Positions 24,856 to 36,300 of a stretch of 64,000 nucleotides of DNA are shown piece by piece; within the stretch, counting starts at the first letter, position 1; every line of letters starts with the position of its first letter. Origin of the DNA: Camelus dromedarius (Eukaryota); contig NC_087437.1 in assembly GCF_036321535.1 (NCBI RefSeq), positions 50,842,001 to 50,906,000 on the forward strand, in the 5' to 3' direction. The position numbers and the translations under genes were made by a program. The notes beneath the pieces were generated by a model, which ran no database searches, was not told the origin of the DNA, and saw only the letters and a program-made list of their open reading frames with translations.

Positions 24856-25859
24856 TGTGCAGAAGTTGCCTTTTGAATCAGAATGTGAATATATATTATC
24901 ATATCTCAGGCTCATGATTTTTATGTTTAACTAATATCTATGGTTATAAACTATGATCTGCCCACCGCTTGTGGAAACTATGTTCTTGGTTGAGTTATTT
25001 GGCATCTGCATTGAATGACTTGCTTTTATTCTGGTGAAATAACTTCAGGTACTGCTTTTCAAGTATGATTTTGTCAGCCAGACAACTTTGAAAATCAGAT
25101 AAATGAATCAGGAAATGTAGTAACATAATAAGTTGAATTTACTTAAATTGTACTTGGAAATATTCATGGTTGATCAAAACACAGTGGGAAAGCCATGTGA
25201 AATGTAGCCCAGATTTTGTATTTTATACAGTTGATATTCAAAGGGAAAATCAATAATGCTGTTAGATTGGTTGTCTTAACTTACACATGAGGGGTTTTTT
25301 TTGGTCTTGTTTTGGTTTTGGTCATGTTGCTTATATCTTGTGCTTTCCTGGTGACTCCTCTGTAATTGAGATTTTCTTGGCGTTTTCTGGTAGCAATTTA
25401 TGTTGACCCTGGCTTACATACAGTGGCTTTATCACTAAATAAGTTAAATTATGTCCTGCTACTAATGTAAAAATAACTTTGTCAAAAAATATAGTGGTTG
25501 AGAAGAATAGGTGATGAGGTGATACTCAGAAATGGCATTGGCCTGATTTAGGACATAGATTCATAAGTGAAGTAGCATGTTGTTTGGATAAAGAGCAAGG
25601 AAGTGTTTCCATATTTGTTTTTCTCTTGTCTTGGTTATTTGATATTTTAAGTTGCTCCAGCCAAGACATTTTTGATTGGTTCTATCATCTGTTTTAGTAG
25701 AGGGTTGTGGTGGTAAACATCTCTCATTCATTTGTGTTACAGTGTATGAGGTGAGCAGAACAGAAAGCACTGATAAATATAGGTTACCATAACAAATCTT
25801 TGGAAGTTTCCCCACTACTGGAAAAAGTTTTAAGTCCTGGACCAAGTCTGTCATGTTGG

Positions 25860-26030
25860 AAATGCCCTATATCTTCACTGCCCCACACAGTAGTGACAGC
25901 CCACAGGTGGCTACTGAAATGTGGTTAATGCAACTGAGGAACTGAATTTTCTATTTTATTTCATTTTAATTCATTTTAATTTAACTAGCCACGTGTAGCT
26001 AGTGACTATTGCATTGGACAGCATAGTCCT
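25860..26030. mobile_element. MER3/MER33-like hAT-Charlie element in pseudogene intron 10
   Basis: gtggctactgaaatgtggttaatgcaactgaggaactgaatttt...agccacgtgtagctagtgactattgcattggacagca. Confidence 0.75.
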
Positions 26031-27289
26031 AAATAATAGTTAACATTCCAGAGTTTATATTTTCCATTTATAATTCCAAAAGTGTGCCAAAACGGATTAC
26101 ACAACTGTTCCCTGGTGTTTACGTCTGTTGCAGGCTGACAGCTGCTCTTAGCCCACTTTGCTAAGGGCTATAATTTCACTACCCCAAACACAATACAGTC
26201 ATCTGCTTTATAAATAATAACACTCAAGTGCCTGATAGAATTTGATCTTGCAGCCAGATGAATCTTGTTGAATTAACTACAGAAGAAATCTTTTCTTTTT
26301 CTCTAGCTATTGTAATTAACATCTAGTGCTTCAGTTAGAAGCACTCTAAGTATAATCTTGGCAAATAAACAGCCACTGATGGTTAACTAGTAGTTCATAT
26401 CATTAGTAGTTTATGTAGCATTTGATCAGTGATAGTCTCATTTATAATTTTTCTTTTGTTCAGAATTGGCAGTGAGTCAATTTGGGAGGAAAACTGTGGC
26501 CATAAACATTGAAGAAGACAGGACTTACATGACACAGACTTCCGTACCACAGTGGAGGAAATGCCTGTGAATGTGGCAGACTAATTCCTGGGATGAGATG
26601 GTTTTGAATGCCACGTTCGCTGTTGCTGAAAAGGTAATCACAATATGCATTGTACTTCTTTTGGGGGGAGTATTTGAAGCTTGTCTCAATGCTCAGAACA
26701 GATCAAAAATGTAGATTTTTGATAGCAAAGCAATTTCAGCATGAGCTCATGTAAGGAAAGTCATTGACTTCATGCTCTACAGAATTAGACTGTTGGGGCT
26801 GGGTATGAAAGATGGAGTTGTAAAAATATTTCTTAGAAATTTACTTTCTAGTTCTGTAAACATGGTTATATTGAGTATTTGCTGTTATTTAATAATATAC
26901 TTATTAAATGTGAACTGAAAGATATCTGCTGTATAAAAGCAGCCAATTATATTAAACTAGTGTTCTGCCTTTATGGTGTTAGTCATTAGGCTGAGTAGAA
27001 CGAACTTTAAAATGACTTTTTTAAGAAAATACTTGAATTCATTTTGTTTGGTATCATTTTTATTCAGTAAGGCATTTTATTAGTGGTCAACTGTAAATTT
27101 GAGTCTTTTGCTAAGCACCAGCAATAATCATATCCTATGGTTAAATCCCAGAAAAACTGCCATATTGTATATTGAATGTTCAATAAAATTACAAAGAAGC
27201 ATATTTTTCTTTAAAGTTTTTTGATCCTTGTTCCTTAAAGATTTCTACTTGTTGCCATACCTTCATATTTTCCAAGGAAAGAGATAAAA

Positions 27290-27760
27290 CAGCACTCTAT
27301 AGTAAATATTTTATTCTACTTACAAAACTATACACAAAGGATACAAGAAATGTGACTCTTCATAAAAAGTTTTAATAGTTCCAGGTTAGCTGCTGCTGGG
27401 CAGTAGCACAAAGACTGATCAGTTGCAGATTTCATCAGCACCATCTGTTAAGCATTATCTGTTTCTTTGAGAGGAAAAAAAAAGCATTAGAATGTAAGAT
27501 TGCTCCCTCTTCTGGTGTGGCAAACATTTCCTGCTATATGCCACGTAGCTACTCAACGGCAAGGTTTTTGTTAATAAGCTAATTAATTGGTAAATTTCTT
27601 TTTCCATAACAATAACATGGATTTGCTATAATAGGCCCCATTATGGAAGGATTGAGTATGATCTTTGTTTTCTTCTTCTCACAAATTACTTATTAAACAA
27701 TCTTTTTCTTGACCACAGTTTATCATTTGTCAGAAGAACTACACTGACTGTGACTTCCAC
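27290..27760 (-). pseudogene. RFC4: RFC4 3' remnant: last three exons and 3' UTR, tail-to-tail with the EIF4A2 copy
   Basis: Minus strand 27464->27372 gives [26 protein letters not shown] (cf. [27 protein letters not shown]). Weaker remnants at about 27630->27558 (LHDVVVE...KLA|gt region) and about 27760->27707 (CQSGSFDKLEAVVK region). AATAAA at 27315->27310. Confidence 0.85.
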
Positions 27761-27869
27761 TAGTTGCTTTGCTTGATATCACATAGAAAAAAATATGATA
27801 ATGAATTTCTAGGGAAGAGCAGCATCCCTGTCCTTTCCCAGGGTTAGTACTGATGCTTGCCAGTGTCCA

Positions 27870-28340
27870 CTGAGGGGAAAAATGCAGTGTAAGAGCAGTG
27901 AGATTCAGTTTTATTCAGGGACCTTACTGAGGACTACAGCCTGGAAGACAGCCTTTTAGATAGCTCTGAGGGACTGCTCTGAAGAAGTGGTGGGGGGGCC
28001 AGTATATATATGAATTTTTTTGGCTGGAAAATACATGTAGTCAAACAAACATCTTGGTAAAAGAATACTGCTAATCACACACACAAAAACAAAAACAAAA
28101 AACAAAAAAACCCTAGCTATCTCAGTTTACTTATTTTGGTGCTTATCTATGCATGGGAAGATGCAGGAATCTGGGGTCGTTGAAATTCTTCTTTAGATAT
28201 GCATCTTAGCTATCTAGGGGTCCATATATCCACAAATCAGAATGCTTCATCCTGAATTCCTTTTTAGGTGTATAAGTCAGTAACTGCCAACCTACAGTAT
28301 ACCTTGACTTGATCCTTATAGAACATCCTTTGTTTACATG
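27870..28340. mobile_element. ERV1-type solo LTR
   Basis: tgagattcagttttattcagggaccttactgaggactacagcctggaagacagcc, typical laurasiatherian LTR text. Confidence 0.6.
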
Positions 28341-29227
28341 ACTTTCCTCATTATGAAACTGCTGCTGTGACAAATAAGACAAATGCTAGAATCCTTGAAA
28401 GTATCAGATCAATTCAAAGCCATCACTGTCTTTGGTAAGTAAACATTTAAAAGGAGATTCTAAAGAATGAGAAAAGTAGGGCATGGCATCTATCCTCATG
28501 TCCCTTCCCTACAGAGATTGGAAGGCAGGGGGAGAGAACTACATAAAGATGAGACAAAACCGAACAAACATAACTTGGATTGTATTAGGAAAAGGTATAA
28601 CTAACACAATTTACTAGAAGGTCTTCACAGCCCTGTTTAATAATGAGGATTTTAGCCAGGATCAAAGGCAACCATTATCTCCATCCAAGGACACCTTTGA
28701 TTACTTTCTTAAACTCAGTGGCAAGAGGCAGTTACTTCCTCAATATTTCTGCCCCTCGGGGCCCCACTCTTGCTATTCTCCCTCCTACATTTGTGGCCTC
28801 TGCTGTCCTCTCAACACTTGCAGGCTTCCTGTGTGCTCCTCGGAGCATCAGACCAACTGCTCTCTGGATATTTTTAGTCTGATGACTCTGGCACTTCAAT
28901 ATGTGCAAAACCAAACTCTGCATCTTTCTTCCATGCTGATCTCACTACCTTGTATTGCCTTCTTTTATCAAGACTTTGGCAATGGTCTCCAAATTTGTTT
29001 TCCTGCCCTTGATCTTGCTTTATACAATCCATTTACTACTCAGCCCCCAGGGTGATCTCATAAAAATAAATTATTCGATAGCTTTCCTTTCCACCTGGGA
29101 TAAAATCCTAACTCCATGGTTTTCCTGTCTTTGGTGTTGCATCTAAAAAGTCATCACCAAACCCCAAGTCATCAAGATTTGCTCCTGCTATTTCCTAGGA
29201 GTTTTATAGTTTTGTATTTTATATTAT

Positions 29228-29548
29228 CCACAGACTGGGTAGCTTATAAATGACAAAAATTTATTGTTCACATTTCTGGATGCTGGAAGTCTGAGATCAG
29301 GGTGCTAGCATGGTCTAGCTAGGGGCCTTACACCTGGTCGAAGACTTCTCATTGAACCCCCACATGGTAGAAGAGGTAAAAGCTCTTCTGGGCCTCTTCT
29401 ATAAGGGCACTAATCCCATTCATGACTCCACCACCCTCATGACCTAATCACCTCCCAAAGGCCCTACCTACTAATACCATTACCTTGGGCACTGGGATTT
29501 CAACATATGAATTTGGAGGCGGGGGTGGAAAACATTCAAACCATAGCA
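29228..29548 (+). mobile_element. MLT1 (ERVL-MaLR) LTR fragment
   Basis: tttattgttcacatttctggatgctggaagtctgagatcagggtg...cctaatcacctcccaaaggcccta...ttcaaaccatagca. Confidence 0.85.
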
Positions 29549-30809
29549 ATGTCCAATCCCAAATTCTTTTCTGTCTTTTGTGTGGAATGTACTGTTTTGG
29601 TTATTAAATTTCCTAATCTAAGTGTCCTTCCATCTATCATTAAAATAAGTCATTTAGCTTTCTTTTAAGGTGATGTCTATGTCATGTTGGCTTTGGTATG
29701 GTCATCCTCATTATCTAAACTCTTAGCAAATATTGTCACAACATTCATAGTGTTGAAGTTAAACTAGCACTATCTCAATGCAAAGCACAATTTGTCAATC
29801 CACCAGCCAAATTAAAGACAACTGCTAACACTGTCACTCAGAATATACTCAGGTTGTACACTTGAGGTGCCTCACTTAGAATAATGCACAAATGGATAAT
29901 CGATTATTGTGAACTGCAAATCATGATTGCCAATGTCAGCAGCCAGGAGAAAAAACAAACAAAAGCAACAGCAAATGCTGTATCCACTCAATGCTAAAAA
30001 TACTGTCACTTTCAGGCCACTGGAGGGGGAGGGGGTTGCCATATGGATTTATAATTTTTCCCCAACCTTCAGCACTTAATACCTAAAGCTGGGAGTCTTC
30101 ATGTTCTTGTTTCCTGGGATGCAGGACCTTCAGTGCTAACTCAGAAGTCCTGGGCAAATCAGAACAGCTGATTACCCTCCTCGATTCAGTATAGTTAGGA
30201 AGTTTAAAAACCAAACCCTCCCATCCTTAGCAACATGAATTGTCTAGCCACTGTTTGCGCAAACTATAACCAAACCCCACTGACAGTGTTGATGTGATGA
30301 GGGGAAGATCTAGGAAAGGTAAACTCCTCTTTACAATACCCAGCTTCTCTTTTATAACAAAAGAACACCTGAACTTCACCAGTTGAACATAGTCACTAGG
30401 TGGCCTTTCCCAGCCAAAAGCAAAAGCATCTCCATGTGTTGTATATTGGTTTGATATGATTTCCACTTGTTTATGATTTAAGTTGCTTTAATCCACTTGT
30501 TCATGACAAAGACAAAAAAAAAGGAGTTGTTTTTAGATTTAAAGTTGTTTCCATATAAGAATGAAATAAGCTGTGTCAGGATGTCATCATCTCATCAAGT
30601 GGGTTGATAAGCACTCAGAGCTCAGCTGCTGAGGGGCTGAGCTGGGGGTTATCAGTAAAACCATAAGAAGCAACCATGGTGAAGGGACATTTAGACTATA
30701 AATACCCAAAGTGTGTAAGGACAAGCCAAGAGTTTCAATCTGGGGAAAGCTACCCTTTGCTGATCTAGCTCTCTGAGGACTGTGGACAAAAAAATTAGTT
30801 AATAGTCAA

Positions 30810-31263
30810 TGTAAAAAGAACTAGAGATATTTATTGGAGTCAACCTGAGGATTATGACCTGGGAGACAGAATTTCAGAAAACTCTAAGGACTGTTCCATC
30901 ATTTAGAAATCAAAGTACAGTACATCCCTTTTCAAGACAAAGGGTTATATAACAAAGTAACATCTTGACAGTTTAAATGGACCAGATCTGCACACACTGG
31001 GTGAGTAGTGGGTCAATGTGACCCCTTACAGGTTCAGGAGAGGAATGTTATCTCCTAAGGAGTTACCTTGCTGGCGCCAGGAGAAAATTGCTCTTTTTTG
31101 TCTAGCAGGCATTCTCGTGTCTTCTAAGGAATTCTGGCTAATGGAAAATGCAGGTGCACAATGCACACTAAAGGAAAGGGGCGAGTGGCCCAAATGGGCA
31201 GAGAGAAAATTTTATATTTGATTTTTTTTCTTGTCCTGCCTTAAAATAACTTTATTTCCTCCA
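30810..31263. mobile_element. ERV1-type solo LTR
   Basis: TG...CA ends; atatttattggagtcaacctgaggattatgacctgggagacag motif related to the 27870 element. Confidence 0.6.
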
Positions 31264-32983
31264 GACCTTGGGGCGTTGGCTCCTGCGGTGGTAAAGGCGA
31301 CTCTACCCGCAATGGCAAAAGCCCGCCGGCTTGCCGCCTACACCGCTTTCGTTCCCTAGCAATCTGCTATAGCAACAGAGGGCTTTCCACTTTCGCTTGC
31401 TGTCTGCTGGACTTCAGCTCCTGGTTGCCTAAGCCAAGTCTCCCCAGAACCAACCTCAGAGCAAGGTACACCTCAACTGAATTTCGACTTCATTTCTGTC
31501 ATCTCCCCTCGCCTGCAACAATAGTGTAATTAATCTATCATTTGTTTGGAGTGTGTTCTTTTTTTATTGGTTTTTTAAGAGACTTTATCATTACACCATT
31601 GGCTTGTATAATTGTAAACCGTGTAGTGAACCCAGGTTAAACTGTTAGTAAAGAAAATATCTGCATAATTTACCTGAGCATAATTTACCATCCCCAAAAC
31701 AGCATGATCCAAATTCATTCACTAAAACTAAACAACGTTGCCCCAGCCCTGGCTTTGCTGATGGAGACCACGCACAGGCAATCGAGGCCTGCCCTTCTGG
31801 TTCATGCAGAATTATAACGCCTCTCTAAGGCACATCCTGTAGCTTCTGTAGGGGTGCAGGGGTGAAGGCTACAGAGAAGCCCGCAGACCTGCCTGACCTG
31901 GAGAGAGAAAATGCTGGGCTTACAGGAAACAAAGCGATCCCAATAATGAATGTGGGCTCAGCAACCACCCAGGACAGAATGCTGTGGGTGCAGCTTCCTT
32001 TGTGCCCACAGTGCGACTGGGCAACCAATTAACAGGCTGGAACCAAGGTTGTCTGGTTTGGGGCCAGATTTATTGTACAACCTCAGGCACCCCTCCCTGC
32101 ACTCTGCATTGGTGATTTAATCTGCAAATTGGGGGTGAATATCAACGTATTCTTATTGAGGGGATATAAAATTACAGATGACTTCAGAGCCTGCTGAAAA
32201 TCGGAAAGAGGAGACTACAGACGAGAACAGAACAAAGAGCTGCTTAGAAGAAAATATGCAAATATTTGGAATATAACTTCGGTTCATGTGTTTGGACTGG
32301 AGGCAAATTTATGTCCTCTTTTTTAAATAGGGAACACTGGTCAGAAGGATAAAGAAGAGAAAAGTAAAGGAATTCGGGGAAGCAGGTGGTGGACCCCACC
32401 CCAAGTCTGGGAGCTGTGCCTCACAACTACTACAAACAAACAAAACAAACAAACAAGAGAGTTCTTTAACCTTTTCTGGACAAAACTAGTTTATCTACAG
32501 TCACCTCTCGTCTATTCTCTCTCACCCCTGCAGACAACGCATTTCTTTGTTGAGGCTGCTTTTGTAATCCTTAAAATACATGCTCAACCAACTATATTTG
32601 TTGAAATTGTAATTAAGATGACAAAGCCTGCATTTTAATTTACAGTTAAACTATGGCAGTTTCAATTCATCCTGTAAGTATTTGAGTACTTTCTATGTAA
32701 GTTCTCATCCTAGTCAATGAAAATAATGAACTATAGGGCCTTCAGCTTCAGAGTATTGGAGACAATTAGTTGGAGTCAAAAACAAAATCACAGAAAAAAT
32801 CAGCACATCACTGTAAGGTCCAGGCAGGTCAGTGCTGACGCGGGCAACACCAACAGCAGGCCCCATAGGGGTGTCCCCAGGAGCAGAGATCAGCCAAGGT
32901 GGGATGAGTCACAGGATTTCAGAACAACCTGAGGATCAGTGGGACTTAGGTGGTTGCAGGCAGGGGGACAATTGTTGTTTCAG

Positions 32984-33345
32984 GTGTCAAAGGTAAAGTT
33001 AGACATTAGTTAAAGCGGTGGACACAGATTTTGTTCAGTAACCACTGACAGTAGGGGAACGAGCTGAGCTCCACCCCGATCTGTGCAGAGCCGACTGGGT
33101 GAGTAGGGGTTCAAGTAGAGTCAGGGAAGTGAAAAATCACAAAACATGGGTAAGAGTGAGCCAGTGTAAATGTAATTAGACAGCCCTGTTTGCCAGCTGT
33201 CAGTCTTGACATTAGGATTCTATCCTTCCTGATGATTACATATCGAAGGAACGGCTTTCAGTCCTTAAAAGATAGTCCTCAGTTTGGCTCAAATAAAACT
33301 CTTTTCTATTCCTATTATAGATTGTTCAGTATTTCCAATGACAAA
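32984..33345. mobile_element. ERV1-type solo LTR
   Basis: LTR-like ends; ggctcaaataaaactcttttctatt polyA/U5 motif. Confidence 0.5.
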
Positions 33346-36300
33346 CCATTACTGACAAATGAGGGAAAATTTGTTTCCTGAGTTAGGAGAGAGGTGGGAA
33401 GATGTTTGGTTTTAGGCTTGTATTGACTGCAGTGTTGGAGAGATGACAGGTGGGGAAGTGCAGTGGGTGAGCTGACACTGGAGGCAGATGGGACTGAAGG
33501 GCCGGTGGGCACCCTGAGCAGAGCTGCTGTGAACACTCTGGGTTGGGGGCGGTTGGGGGAGGTGAACAGAGAGGCCTGGAGGAACAGTAAACTCAGGGGA
33601 AGGAGAAGAGGGAGGAGGCAAAGAAAAAAGGAATTATCTTAAAGGGATAGTTTATGAGAAAATTAAGATGGGGTAACAAAGGGAGAGGGAGACAGTTGGA
33701 AGGCGGGACGGACAAGGCCGTCGTGGAGCTGGAGCAGGAAGACAGATGTGGCGTAAAGAGTGAGGGCTGTGCTGGGAGCACGGGGATCTCAAGGTGGGGG
33801 CCAGGTCGAGGGGAAAGGCATCTTCCAGGAGGAGAAGCAACACTAACCCTGGAGCTGAAGGCTGAGTTGTGTTGACTAGAGAAAGCCAGCAGGTTTGAAT
33901 TCAAAATGCACATATTTTTGTGTCTATCCATATGTTTCTTGACCACTGTTTCTGGCCATTGTTGTAATATATGAACAACTTCTAACCTGAGGGAAACTAT
34001 ATTTCTACATCTTGCTTAGTAGACGTACAACACTCAGAAGTCTCAGGAACCCTTGTTTTATGGTGTGTATGCCATTTTGTTCACGTTCCCTCCCACACAC
34101 TCAAGACAACTTACATCAAGAAAGTCATTTATGTGGCATCACTTAGAACTGCATTTCCTCTGAAATTTCAAATTCCAGTCCACTCCCTTTTCAATCACAA
34201 CCTCTAAATATTCATCCAGAATGCTCTGCACACCTGCGACCTGCCCCCTAACACCCCTGTCCACCCAGCAGTGCCCTGACCTTTCCTCTACCCACCTCCC
34301 TGTCTCAGATGCAGAATCACCTGGCACCTCTGCCCTCCTCTCCCTGGTTCCCGTCCTTCCACCCCAGCAACCCCAGACCATGGGTCATTCCCTCCCTCTA
34401 GACTCCTACAACACTTCCAGGGCTGTCAGGAAGCCTAGGTCACAGGCAGACAGCATCAGTACACACGGTGATATCCAGCTGTGAGCAGAGTCCTTGGTGC
34501 TGAGTGACGGGCCTCCACTTGTCCTGGACCTGCTCCCTCTCCCAGGCTCTTCACCAGCCATGCTAAATCTCCCCCCTGCCCAAGGCCTGTCCTCCTCACT
34601 TAGCTGATGACTTCAGCTCCTGCCCCACAGAGAAAGAAGACATCACACACATGTCAACGTCTTACCCCGCATGTGCTTCCTCTTCAGGAATTCCCCAGGC
34701 TGGCCAACCCTCTCCGCTCCCTCTGTAGACACACTGACGGCAAGGTCCGGGTGAGGGAGAGGCAAGTGAGGCACTCATTTTGGGCACAAAGTTTAAGAAG
34801 GCATAGAAAAGAGCAGTAATCAAAATAAATAATATTTTAAAGAAAACCTTTTTTAAAGTAATGCAAAAACTCCTTGATGAACAAAATCTCAAAATTTTAC
34901 ATAGACACGGGATCCATCTCTGCACTTAGCCAGCCTGAGTCCCCTCACCCTAATCCCATCCTGCTGCTGGTGGCCCACTGGTGCTGGAAATCAGTCGTGA
35001 CTCTGCATTCATAAACACATAATGGGAACAGAGTTTTACCAAGAAACATTTACAGTTCCTATATGCAATCCATATTTTCATTTAAAAAAATTCTGATGGT
35101 AACCCACTAAACGGATTCCAGAAACCAGAGTGGAGACTTGCAATTTGAAGAAATCACCAGTAGGGGGATCCAAAGTTCTCTCCTACTGTAAAGTAATCAT
35201 CTCAGCTTTTCGTCATGGCCAAAAACAAAAACAAACCCCAAAGTTCCATAAAGGAGATACTATAATCCAAAGAAAAATTAGGGGACTAGAATTAGAAGAT
35301 GTTATATGACTGTCAGAAAAAAAAAAACTAAGTCATTTGATCATTCCATTCTGACTCCAGGTTCCTCCTTGTTGGGGAAATGCAGTATTCCCATGAAACC
35401 TGCCCCTCTGTCCTGATACGGGACATACACTCTATGGAAATGCGCTCAAACTTCAGGTCTCTTATTCTAGTCTGAACAGTTTCATATAAATTAGGGAAAA
35501 GGACTGGGGTTTTCATTAAAAAAATCAATCTGATACTCAAAATACTTCATGAATCATCAGTATTAAAGATGAAAGTGGCAGGTTTAAAAGCTACGACCTT
35601 GAGCTGATGAGGATTCTCTTGGAAGCCACAGTAAAAATCAGTTGTACTACTTTGTATTTTATATTTTTAACCTTTCAAGTCTCACAGAGGACAATTTTTG
35701 GCTCTTGTCCGGATGGCAAAAGAAAGAAAGATAAAATTTACCTGCAAATTCTTAATGCTACGTTGATTTCCACATTCTAAGTCTTGTCTTTTCCTTGCTT
35801 CTTCTGATGATCTATATTCCTCATTAAATAAATTTGCCCTGTTAAACCCAGTCCAGGAGCCAAACGGGCATGTTAAAAGAAATCACAAATCATCCAGAAT
35901 TTACTGGAAAGCTTGTAATTTCAATTTTGTAGACTTTTCTCAGGAAACTCATCATAGCAACTGGTGCTGAGAAGTATTCATGGTTCCCGTTTAATGGTAA
36001 TTGCTCCCCCTCTGCGCCTAAGAAGGAAGGAACAGCCTGAAGTTTGAATTTATAACCCACATTTCACGTGTGAAAAATTGTGTTCTCTCAGTTGTTATAT
36101 AATTTGTTAATTCAAATTTGAGGACTTCCAATTTGTTTGTCTCATCTACAAAAGACAGAATGCTACTCAGTCACTGACTCTGGGTGTTTTGTGGCTGTGA
36201 TGTAAGCTGTGAAACGTTAGCTCACACAAGGGGCAACAATTAGGGACTATTTGGAGTTACCCCTCCACAAAGAATACATTTAGAGAGTTAGTTCTTGATT

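Larger units (their letters stand above)
16800..27200 (+). ncRNA. Putative chimeric snoRNA host transcript (MCCC1-derived 5' part + EIF4A2-derived 3' part); likely orthologue of human LINC00888
   Basis: Promoter, exon remnants with splice sites, intronic snoRNAs and an AATAAA at 27182-27187 are all collinear on the + strand. A single transcript is inferred, not shown. Confidence 0.6.
22501..27200 (+). pseudogene. EIF4A2: Unprocessed (intron-containing) EIF4A2 pseudogene, exons 5-11 and 3' UTR
   Basis: Exon remnants: 22501-22674 (IQKVVLAL...GTPGRTFDMLNRRYL), 23404-23514 (LDEAN, the DEAD box), 23752-23887 (VVLLSA.MP), 24242-24349 (EKMHAR), 24614-24695 (VLITTDLL), 24910-24989 (VINYDLPT), 26464 onward (IG...FGRK.VAIN...TTVEEMPVNVAD) then an EIF4A2-like 3' UTR with AATAAA 27182-27187. 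Many frameshifts. Confidence 0.95.

Noticed and set aside
29550..30025. Minus-strand YFNDRWKDT...RKEFGIGH peptide suggesting a hAT transposase fragment
   Set aside because: Too short and disrupted to call without an HMM search.
30227..30466. 79-aa minus-strand ORF as a possible further RFC4 exon
   Set aside because: No similarity to RFC4 motifs that I could recognise.
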